Below are positions 11,898-22,302 of a stretch of 64,000 bases of DNA, piece after piece. The DNA comes from Owenia fusiformis (taxonomy: Eukaryota): assembly GCA_903813345.2 (NCBI GenBank), contig CAIIXF020000001.1, positions 44,082,001-44,146,000 on the forward strand, written 5' to 3'. A model generated the notes under the pieces. The model was not told where the DNA came from, made no database searches, and saw only the letters and a program-made list of their open reading frames with translations. A program made the translations under genes and the position numbers. Each line of letters opens with the position of its first letter. The first letter of the stretch is position 1.

Positions 11898-13442
11898 TCA
11901 AGGATTGTTTGTCTCAGACTGTTGTGGTTGGTTAGGAGGACGATGTCCTATCAAACCAAGGGATTTTGCATGACCATAATACAACATAAAATTGTTTACA
12001 ATAATAGGAACTGTAAATGAAATCACTAGTACACCACACACGACACATCCTGATCCTATAATATATCCTCCAATGGTCTTCGGAACATAATCTCCATACC
12101 CTACAGTTGTCATAGTAACCAGTGCGTACCAGCATGCAATAGGTATGGATGTAATATCCAGATTTTTTGGTTCGTGGGTTATAGCTTCAGAGAAATAAAT
12201 CAAGGTTGCAAATATGAGCATGCCCAAAATTAATAAGAGGAGCATGAGAATGATTTCTTTGATGCTCGCCTTCAACGTATAGATGATCACTTGATATGCC
12301 ACAAGATGCTTTAGGAGTCGAAATGCCCGAAACACACGCATTATCAACAGACAGTTTGAGACATCAATCAGGGTGAATTTGTATCTGTTTTCTTCGTCAT
12401 ACATATTTACAACGTACTGAATCCAAACTGGTGCAATGGCAAGTATATCACTCAGGGTGTAAAATGTAAATACAAATTTGTATTTATTCGGGGAAACAGC
12501 GAATCTTATCAATAATTCCAGGATGAAGTAAATATTCAACACCATATCAATAGTCGCCAAAGCTGGATTTGTGGCACTAAGTGATTTCTGAATGTTGATG
12601 GCTTTTTTCATTTTTTGAGAAGTGTTTCCCATTGTATCTGTCTTATTACAGAGTTCTACATTTATACTCTCTGTAGCATTGATATTTTGTCTATCTGTAT
12701 GTTCTGTACTACCTTTATTGCTGACATCAATCTGGTTACCTCTATTTTCCTCTGTGATGTTTAGACTCATAAGATGGGTGTTCTTGACATCTGGCTCCCC
12801 TGTTCTGTTTGGACTGTTAGTGTCATTTCTGTAGTTGTGGTTTGTATCATTTAAAGTATGGGTGTCCTTGACATCTGGCTCCTCTGTTGTGTTTGGACTG
12901 TTAGTGTCATTTCTGTAGTTGTGGTCTGTATCATTTAAAGTATGGGTGTCCTTGACATCTGGCTCCCCTGTTGTGTTTGGACTGTTATTGTCATTTCTGT
13001 AGTTGTGGTCTGTATCATTTAAAGTATGGGTGTCCTTGACATTTGGCTCCCCTGTTGTGTTTTGACTGTTAGTGTCATTTCTGTAGTTGTGGTCTGTATC
13101 ATTTAAAGTATGGGTGTCCTTGACATCTGGCTCCCCTGTTGTGTTTGGACTGACATTGTTTAGATGAGTAACATTGGGGTAGCTTTTATCAACTTCGGTA
13201 TCAACCATTGTATCCTCATTGCTTGAAGTGCAGTTAACTGGGATATGTTTAACCGAAATGTCCACATGACTTTGATGCATATGGGAATTCCATGTGTAAT
13301 TCTCGAAGAGGTCTTCCAATGTAATTCCAGCAATTTTGGCTATGTCAGCTTCTGTGATATTACGTTTGAATTCAGGCATTGTTTCAATACACATTGTGAC
13401 TATCGATAAGGCAACCAACAAAGTTGTCCAAACTCCGAAAAT
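11898..13442 (-). CDS. Voltage-gated K+ channel alpha subunit, Shaw/Kv3-like, terminal exon encoding S1-S6 (T1-domain exon(s) missing)
   Basis: Acceptor ttatag at 13443-13448 (minus strand), then a 1545-nt open exon. S1 IFGVWTTLLVALSIVTMCIETMPEF; S2 YFILELLIRFAVSP; S3 DILAIAP; S4 RVFRAFRLLKH; pore WYALVTMTTVGYGDYVPKT; S6 GVLVISFTVPIIVNNF; stop at 11898. Confidence 0.92.
   Translation of the reverse strand: MFGVWTTLLVALSIVTMCIETMPEFKRNITEADIAKIAGITLEDLFENYTWNSHMHQSHVDISVKHIPVNCTSSNEDTMVDTEVDKSYPNVTHLNNVSPNTTGEPDVKDTHTLNDTDHNYRNDTNSQNTTGEPNVKDTHTLNDTDHNYRNDNNSPNTTGEPDVKDTHTLNDTDHNYRNDTNSPNTTEEPDVKDTHTLNDTNHNYRNDTNSPNRTGEPDVKNTHLMSLNITEENRGNQIDVSNKGSTEHTDRQNINATESINVELCNKTDTMGNTSQKMKKAINIQKSLSATNPALATIDMVLNIYFILELLIRFAVSPNKYKFVFTFYTLSDILAIAPVWIQYVVNMYDEENRYKFTLIDVSNCLLIMRVFRAFRLLKHLVAYQVIIYTLKASIKEIILMLLLLILGMLIFATLIYFSEAITHEPKNLDITSIPIACWYALVTMTTVGYGDYVPKTIGGYIIGSGCVVCGVLVISFTVPIIVNNFMLYYGHAKSLGLIGHRPPNQPQQSETNNP
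12775..13152 (-). repeat. 84-bp coding tandem repeat (28 aa NTTGEPDVKDTHTLNDTDHNYRNDTNSP) x~4.5 in the Kv S1-S2 loop
   Basis: Visible in both the DNA and the translation of ORF 11898-13421. Confidence 0.95.
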
Positions 13443-13884
13443 CTATAAGTAAAGTTAAAAGGAACAAAATAGCGATAGATTAAGTTCAATTATCGATTTG
13501 GAATTCATTTCTGAATATCATCTTTATCTTTAATTGTTATTCCCCCTTAAATGGACAGTTATTCGCTTTTCCATCACATGTTACCCCATGTTATTTATTT
13601 ACATTTTCAACACTACGTTAATGAATAAACATATTCCTAATGTTCTATTAGCTATATTAATCCAAATCATATAAATCTCTGATGAGAAAATCTTGGAAAT
13701 GACCAGAAAATCACATGTAATCTAAGATCAGACAAATGGTCTATAACTTACAAGGCTGAATCAGGAATATCCTAGATCAGATTCCGCCTTTTAATAGTAT
13801 AATACTGTATATAGTATTTACCTTGGCTGGGTATGAGGAGAATGGATCATCCAAAAATTGCCATACACCAGATCGAAATTTCTG

Positions 13885-14384
13885 NNNNNNNNNNNNNNNN
13901 NNNNNNNNNNNNNNNNNNNNNNNNNNNNNNNNNNNNNNNNNNNNNNNNNNNNNNNNNNNNNNNNNNNNNNNNNNNNNNNNNNNNNNNNNNNNNNNNNNNN
14001 NNNNNNNNNNNNNNNNNNNNNNNNNNNNNNNNNNNNNNNNNNNNNNNNNNNNNNNNNNNNNNNNNNNNNNNNNNNNNNNNNNNNNNNNNNNNNNNNNNNN
14101 NNNNNNNNNNNNNNNNNNNNNNNNNNNNNNNNNNNNNNNNNNNNNNNNNNNNNNNNNNNNNNNNNNNNNNNNNNNNNNNNNNNNNNNNNNNNNNNNNNNN
14201 NNNNNNNNNNNNNNNNNNNNNNNNNNNNNNNNNNNNNNNNNNNNNNNNNNNNNNNNNNNNNNNNNNNNNNNNNNNNNNNNNNNNNNNNNNNNNNNNNNNN
14301 NNNNNNNNNNNNNNNNNNNNNNNNNNNNNNNNNNNNNNNNNNNNNNNNNNNNNNNNNNNNNNNNNNNNNNNNNNNNNNNNNNNN
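13885..14384. other. Assembly gap (500 N)
   Basis: Run of exactly 500 N. Confidence 1.
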
Positions 14385-16162
14385 GAGCTAGAGGCTCAAA
14401 ATAAAAAGCATTTTACCCTTTTCTTCTTCTTCTATCTCATGGTTCTATTTTTTATTGGTTTTCGCACCCATCGTACCCCCCCCCACTTGGTAACGCCTAT
14501 TGTTTTTTAAACAGGACATTAACACGCGGGAAGTCTCGGGAAGATATATTGTATTAATATCCCTCAGAATATTCCCTATATCCAAAACATTCCAGTGCAT
14601 AACCCCTATGTATTAACTTCATCATTTGAGAGAAGCTACACGTTTTAGAGACAAAGTGCACGTGAACGTAATATTATGACCCCTCCACATTGGTTTCTCC
14701 AGGGCCCCTAATAATTCTTTATAATTCAAACCCCGGGCATAAAAAATTTATCACAGAGTCCTAACTACGACCGTTAGTTTGAATGTCAAACCTACCAGGT
14801 GTTTTAAAATCAAGGATTATGAGTCTCATAATGTACCGTTTTTGTTCCATTAAAAGCAAAACAAAAATGCCTCTCTGTCGGTACATTACTGTCGGGGCCG
14901 GTCCCAAGCTGTGTGAAGCGCCTCTCACAGCTGGGGATCCAAACGCCGCTAAAAGGAGGGACTCTCAGTCTGTATAACAGTATAATGTAACCATCAGAAA
15001 AATTTATTTTCTTTTAATGGAACAAATTTGAAGAAAAACGGTGCAGTATATTGATTCACAATCCTTGATTTCCAAACAGGTGTAGGTATAAAATTCAAAT
15101 TAACGGTCGGAGTTGGCACCTCGTGTTTATACTTACTAGTAATCGGACAAATAATACAACGAAAGGCAGAACTTATTCCAAGAGGACCAAAATTCTGCAC
15201 GTTCACGAACAAGCTCCTTCAAAAAACCCCTATCATGAAATATGGCATCTATTGCAGTTTTCTAAACCTACATTCTAAAGGACGTAATCCAAGTCCCCCC
15301 CCCCCCCTATTCGCTCATGTTTATAATGTCCAGTGAAGATCATGAATTGATGCACATGTATACATGTGTCTGATATGTACATGTATGATTACAATTGTAG
15401 AGTTAGAAATTGAAATGTTTCCCTTTGTCACTTTTATGCATCTTATGTAAACCTGTTTGAACTAATAAAATACTAAAAAATATGATAACTTCATTCGAAA
15501 TGCATGCAATTCACTCCAATTATATTTATTTTCATTATAGGATAGGGAGAGTTTTAATTAAAAAAAATAGACTGTGGTTGTGATTTGGGAGGGGGTATAC
15601 TATACTAAGGTGTTAGACCCAGCAATCTTCACAAATGGTGGCTACAACTTAAGTTCCAATTTATGAATCTCTCATTAAAATAAACAACTATTACTAAAGG
15701 TTCTTTCTGATTGCATTTTACCAATGAAATTATAATCTCTGACTAAACTCGATTTTAGATTTTAAGATATGAATTTTAGATCTCACTGTTATTTAACATT
15801 AAATGTCTAGTGTGGGATTGAGCGATAAATCTCCCGTCAAGAAAATGGAATGGCATCTCTTAGTCGGGCTCTTACTATGCTATTTGGACATTCAATCTCA
15901 CTTCTGACATTGCGTGTGAGGTACAATTTGATCAAAGAAATTCCAAAATCAGAATCTAGCAAATCGCAATCTTTGCCACAATCATTTATTCGGACATTGC
16001 ACATACATCTATCGTTATACCAATGTATAAGATGACATGATTTATCATGATTACAGGGTCTTAATAGTCTATGGCTACCCTTTGCATTCGTTCGACTTCT
16101 AATGCTGCTAATCACCCATCCCCTCTTCACAAAACGACGACATTTTAACTGCTTTCCAAATT

Positions 16163-16320
16163 CAGGCCCGTAGCCAAGGGGAGCGGAGGGAGCGGCCGCT
16201 CCCCCTCCTGGCCAAATGATGTTTTGCCAAAACAGTCAAAAAAGCCCCCCCCCCCACTCCCTTGGCAACCCCCCCCCCATGGTAAAACCGCTCCCCCGGT
16301 AAATCCTGGCTACGGGCCTG
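16163..16320. mobile_element. Short MITE (TIR CAGGCCCGTAGCC...GGCTACGGGCCTG)
   Basis: 13+ bp perfect TIR with CAG termini and a GC-rich interior in AT-rich DNA. No clear TSD. Confidence 0.7.
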
Positions 16321-17384
16321 AAAATATTATATATTGATCTATAATTTATAAACATGATTTTCTAGGTTCCAGGTTTCATGGGTCGTCATTCCCCCAGAGG
16401 CCTCCTTGAAACATACCGATTGCAATGTTTACCCATTTCAAACATGTCTTAGGCCCAGGTCTTGTTGCACCATTTTCGTTGCCACATTCTTACAGGAAAT
16501 GTATAGATATCGGAGATATATATCTACATAATTGTACTTTTTATTTTTATTATAAAGATGTTATCTGGATTGAGCATGAACTTAAACTTGATAAACATCC
16601 GAACTCACCAACGACTTAATTATAGTGAATGTATGGGGGGGGGGTAATGATTCCATCTTTTATTTTCTAGATTGGGCTCTAAAAGTAGACCTCTAATACG
16701 CCTTACTTTCTGGTCTAGACCAATAGTATGCCTCTTTTTAAAGGTTTTGTTATGGCGTAGACCTACTCTGCGTGCAGAGTCTAGTTAAACTACGAAGACG
16801 AAGCTCTCTTTTAAGAAGTGAAGTCAAACGAATGCAAAGGGTAGCGTAGACCAAATCATCTTCTTAAAGTTTTATATTATAAGCATATAGACCAAAACTG
16901 CGCTTAAAACTTTAACAATTATATATAGTCAAAATGACCATTAAAAACTCTAATGATTACACAAGTGGCCATAAGTACGCCTCAAAAACTCAATAGATAA
17001 TGTAGCTTGATCATTTGATTTCACTTGCTGTTGGATAGGATATGAATTGATTCAAAATACTAGTCCATGTCCGTGCGATTAGTGTCAATTCATATAGTTT
17101 TGATTACAATCAGAATTCTCAATTTTGAGAATTCACTTTCAAGTCACTTTTCCTTTAATCTATCTGTAATCACTAATTAACTAGATCAATACATACTCGA
17201 TTTCCTCTGCCCACCAACAACACTGTTATGTAAGGGCGGAAATAAATCACTGTAATCTTGTAATCAGGCATTTGAAAATGACCCCTAAATTTCATCCATG
17301 TCCATGGTAAGAGCCAAGGGTATATGGGAGGGGGGGGGGCTGGAACTCTTACATATGACTGGCCAAAATCTCATGCAGTTTTCA

Positions 17385-17884
17385 NNNNNNNNNNNNNNNN
17401 NNNNNNNNNNNNNNNNNNNNNNNNNNNNNNNNNNNNNNNNNNNNNNNNNNNNNNNNNNNNNNNNNNNNNNNNNNNNNNNNNNNNNNNNNNNNNNNNNNNN
17501 NNNNNNNNNNNNNNNNNNNNNNNNNNNNNNNNNNNNNNNNNNNNNNNNNNNNNNNNNNNNNNNNNNNNNNNNNNNNNNNNNNNNNNNNNNNNNNNNNNNN
17601 NNNNNNNNNNNNNNNNNNNNNNNNNNNNNNNNNNNNNNNNNNNNNNNNNNNNNNNNNNNNNNNNNNNNNNNNNNNNNNNNNNNNNNNNNNNNNNNNNNNN
17701 NNNNNNNNNNNNNNNNNNNNNNNNNNNNNNNNNNNNNNNNNNNNNNNNNNNNNNNNNNNNNNNNNNNNNNNNNNNNNNNNNNNNNNNNNNNNNNNNNNNN
17801 NNNNNNNNNNNNNNNNNNNNNNNNNNNNNNNNNNNNNNNNNNNNNNNNNNNNNNNNNNNNNNNNNNNNNNNNNNNNNNNNNNNN
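17385..17884. other. Assembly gap (500 N)
   Basis: Run of exactly 500 N. Confidence 1.
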
Positions 17885-18056
17885 GGATTTTACTTCTCCC
17901 ATCAAATATGATTATATGTCTCACTATGATAGCTTAAGACATAGATGAATAAATATATGGCAATAGAAGTTGAAGTTGGGTCTGTATGCTATTCCTTTAT
18001 ATGGAGAAACTGACAAAAGTTACATTTTTTCTTACTTTTTGATCAAATATTTCCAA

Positions 18057-19160
18057 TAGTACCCCGGACAGGTTGTATGATGCAGTCATTTTTTTACTCT
18101 ATATTTGCAATAGAAAAACCATTCTTATTAAAATTTTCATATTTTATTCTGGAGACAATTTCCAACATGGAAAAAAATATTTTATCGAAATTCCCAATTT
18201 TATGATTTTGACGGGCTTTTTTCAAAAACACTACACTGTCAATAAAATACAGGTTTTTGCTTGAACAATTGAACTTTTAACGTCATTTCAAATGTTGTCT
18301 GGCTATTGAATTTCCAGCCGCCTTAAGTCTTTCCAGATATATCTGTTGCCATATTAATAATTATGGCTGAATATTGTTATTCACTTGAGTCATATTCAAT
18401 ATTATTACAGTGCATTAGGCCAATAAAAACTTGTTGCTCTGGGTCTCGTTTTGTGAAGCGTTCCCTACATTGAGCCCAGATAGAGGAGGTCAATCTTCTT
18501 GTCCACGGACATGAGTTCAACCCGATCGAACTGTTCAATATTGTCCAAAATGAAGTAAAACATTACGAATCTCCAATTTCAAGTATTCTTGGCATTAGAT
18601 CCTTCAGAGATGTTATTATAGCTGTGTCAAATTTCATCATGAAATTGTCAGGGAGACCTGACATTTTAAAAGCAGGGTACTATTTACGTGCCACAGGCTT
18701 GCATGCTGAATGACGGAGGCGGAAAAACCCAGTGGAGAAAAAGGTGCGTTTTCAGAGGAAACGTGACCCAGAGTGACAAGTTTTTCATTGGCCTAATGCA
18801 CTGTAATAATATTAGGCCTATTGAATATGACAAAAATGAATAACAATAATCGGCCATAATTAATATGGCATCAAATATATCTGGAAAGACTTTAGGCGGC
18901 CAAAAATTCAATAACTAGACAATCTTTAAAATGACGTTAAAAGTTTACTTGTTAAAGCAAAACCTGTATTTTATTGACAGTGGAGTGTTTTTGAAAAAAG
19001 CCTATCAAAATCATAAAATTAAGAATTTCGTTAAAATATTTTTTTTCCATGTTGGAAATTGTCTCCAGAATAAAATAAGAAAATTTTAATAAGAATGGTT
19101 GTTCTATTGCAAATATAGAGTAAAAAAATGACTGCATCATACAACCTGTCCGGGGTACTA
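18057..19160. mobile_element. Foldback / long-TIR non-autonomous element in a KDM4 intron
   Basis: Arm 18057-~18431 (TAGTACCCCGGACAGGTTGTATGATGCAGTC...) is the reverse complement of ~18777-19160 (...GACTGCATCATACAACCTGTCCGGGGTACTA), with a ~345-bp spacer. Confidence 0.85.
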
Positions 19161-19576
19161 AGATTATTGGGCATTCAACTAGATGATCTTGTTGACATGC
19201 AGATTGCGAATTAACTTTACAATTGTGATCGTTAAAATAGTAAATCAACTTTTGAAATTTTTGAAACTTAAAAACCAATAGCGACTCAAGAAAATAATTG
19301 AAAATAAAAGCTCTACCTGTCGATAATAATAAAAATTCAAATATGCCAAATATCAAATATGTTCAAACAAGTCCTTAGTAGGCAAAAATGTATTATATCT
19401 TTGAATGTATGATGACATAGACTTTGTCCTCTAATCCACAATATATTTGTACGTGTATGGTAACAGTGCTTGTATCAGGCGTGAATCATAGAATCTATAT
19501 GCTTGATCAGAAAATAAATCTAAGAAGAGTGAAGTCATAGAGTCAATGAGGCATGCGGTATACACTATCAGCTTAC

Positions 19577-20845
19577 CATATTCCTCTCCTATGACATCAA
19601 GAATGCTGCCTAATTTTTGAATGTTCCAGCTTTCTTGATCATCATCTGTTAATGAGCCAGATATGTCTGCGCCATATATACCAGGGTTAAATGTGATGTT
19701 TTTCCAATACTTTCTCTCAAGCTCTTCATAGTCTTCATGGAAGGGGGTGTTGTACCTAATAACACAAAAACAAATATATTAAAGAGACTCTGTATGTATA
19801 TCTGATCATAGACTGAACTAAAATATTGCATTTAGAAATAATAAAAGGTGCATGCACCCTTATAGCTTGTCACATCACTTATTGAGTGAATACTTGTTTG
19901 ATATTTGATATTTTTAAGGAAGGATGCTTTGTACCAAAAATTAATGATGGCGGTCAAAACTCAGGGGTTTTCAGATCCAGAGCCCTTTTTAAATGAAGGA
20001 ATTCATCCAAGATATTGCGACCCTACTAACCGTTGATACTGTTTTAACTCAACCTTTTCAACTTTGGACATTCTTCACAAACAATAGGAAGATGAGAATT
20101 TAATATCAACTTGAGAAAAAATCCGGAGAACACAGATGATATACCAATGTTATATATTCATTTTACCTGTCAGAGTTAGCGAGTTTCTCAAATTCTTTGC
20201 AATGTATTGGTTTCCTTTGTATATTATACTGCTGGAAGAGACCTTGACAGCCATGCACAGTTTGCTGTATAGGAGCTGGTATCATAATATCTAGATCATC
20301 GTAGCCCTTTTTCCTAGGGACCCATTCTTTAGGTGGAATAATCTACAGCAAAATATTCAAAAGATTTATTACAAGTTAATATTTGTAATACAAAGATCAT
20401 ATACTGTACATTTCATCCATGTATGCTCTAAAGTGAAATTGTTCAAAAATTTAATTTTCTCAAATTGGGATTTTTGTCTTTATATTCATTAATTGAGTCA
20501 TTTCCAAATTGCTTTCACACAAATTATCAACATATCTACCCATTTTTTCTAAAATCGATGAACTAAATTGCTTATTAGCTAGGTAAAGACAGATTTCCTA
20601 ACTTACAATATTGTAGGACTTCACATGAGAGCATACCTGGAGAGAAAACACGATTTCTCATATAAGTTTAGCAAAATAAATTAGGAATATTGCAAATAAC
20701 TGGATCAAACCTTTGCAATTCCAGCTTTGTGGGCACCCTTTGATTCCATGTACGCCACAAACTTGTTGAAGTCCTTGAATTCCTCCCAAGTTGGACGAAA
20801 CACCATGATCTTTGGGATGTTGTGACCACCACTGGATGACTCCAT
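19577..20845 (-). CDS. KDM4: Lysine-specific demethylase 4 (JMJD2/KDM4), N-terminal part (JmjN and linker); 3' exons not found
   Basis: Exons 20845-20711 ([45 protein letters not shown]), 20342-20167 ([58 protein letters not shown]) and 19755-19577 ([55 protein letters not shown]). GT-AG sites and phases are consistent, and these are hallmark KDM4 motifs. Confidence 0.93.
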
Positions 20846-21735
20846 CCTGCAACTTAAGTCAGGGTAAAGTTACATTATGTCATTTTTTGACAATGGGTAC
20901 TGAAAGGGACCTCCAAGAAAGACTATGGTTCTGGGTCACAAATCAAATCTGGAAAACTGAGTTACAAATGACATTTTTCAATAGCTCAAAAATATATAAA
21001 CCCAAGTCCAAAGGAGTTAGCAAACTTTGATCAAACATTCTGTGAAGAGTAATCCTCACACAGGTGATGACATGTGGATTTTTCAAATTCCTGACAGTAG
21101 CACTTGCATGATTAGTAACAAAATAATTTAGCCCTAATGTTTATACAATTGTGTACAATCATAAACTAGTTGTAAATATTTTATCACATGACCATATTTG
21201 TAAACAGATATGGATATGGATAAATAGGTCAATTTTACAATGAATGCATTACTGAATCTAAGATCCACAATATAGGCTTATTAACCTGGTTTCAAAATAA
21301 TTACATAATAGAAAAACAAAACAATGCCATATAAGCATCAATTATCAAACCCAATAAGGAACAAATATGTTGTTTCACAAAGTGTGAATATGCGTGCAGA
21401 ATGGCACACGACCTCAATCCTCATTAACATATTCATAAAACAAACATGGCGGATTAGATCACCAAAATGTTAGGACTTCATGATACAATTTCATGACCAT
21501 GCATCATTAAAAGACATTAACAACCATTTCCTTATCATATCATGTAATCAGTGAGTCCAAACCGATGTAGGCATGTAATGATAGATGATATTCGAAGTTA
21601 TATTTTGACCCACAAAAAATTCTAAAAATCATGAGGTTGAAAATTATTCCATGATTCAAGGCCTAGATTCCAGATATTTCAAGGTCGATACTATGTTGTT
21701 TAATTCTAATGTTCTAGTAACTATGATATACATAC

Positions 21736-22302
21736 CTCAATTTCTAGCAAGCGCTAGTATATCACCGGGGAATGATGTTTATTGAAATATTATTCGGGAA
21801 AACCATAGGCAATATTTGCTTCCTCACTCACAAGGTGCCCGTAAAAATTTCTAAAGGATGTAGTTCCACATTTGATTTCTTTGAATCTTATTCAAACGTC
21901 TATATATATGATCAAACAATTGAGAATATAAGATAGCATACTGTGATCTTGATTGATTTTTGTTGTATTGAAAGGAAAGAGTGGATTTTATTTCTTATGA
22001 GGCTCAGGTCAGCGGATTGATATTTCATGGAAATTTCTTTTAGGGATCGACTACTCTGTACCAAAAGCATAATAAACATTCAAATTGCAAACATTTTTCT
22101 CACTAAGAAAGTGTAATTATAAAAAAACATTACAAAACATTTATGAGAAGTCAAGAGAACGCTATCTCATTTGAATGGATCTATTTCTCACAAACTGTAA
22201 TCATAAAGTGCCACTTCTATTTTCATTGAATCAAAATGACATTATATGTGGTGAGTCGTGACCTACATCTTGAGCTGACACGACAACCATCAACTGATCA
22301 AC
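21736..22302. promoter_or_regulatory. Probable bidirectional promoter and 5' UTR region between KDM4 (-) and TXNDC12 (+)
   Basis: The KDM4 ATG exon is preceded by an acceptor (ttgcag), and a candidate upstream UTR-exon donor (GAG|gtatgt, minus strand) lies at ~21735. The TXNDC12 ATG is at 22303 on the opposite strand. Confidence 0.45.

Noticed and set aside
16795..16846. ~50-bp match to 44516-44565 (and inverted at ~16073-16098) as a conserved regulatory element
   Set aside because: More simply a fragment of a dispersed repeat; one copy lies on a possibly misplaced contig.
13823..17948. Long ORFs full of X
   Set aside because: Artefacts of the N gaps.
11898..20845. Possible JmjN-Kv channel fusion gene (both on the minus strand)
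   Set aside because: The KDM4 exon ends in phase 1 and the Kv exon starts in phase 0, and they are separated by two assembly gaps.
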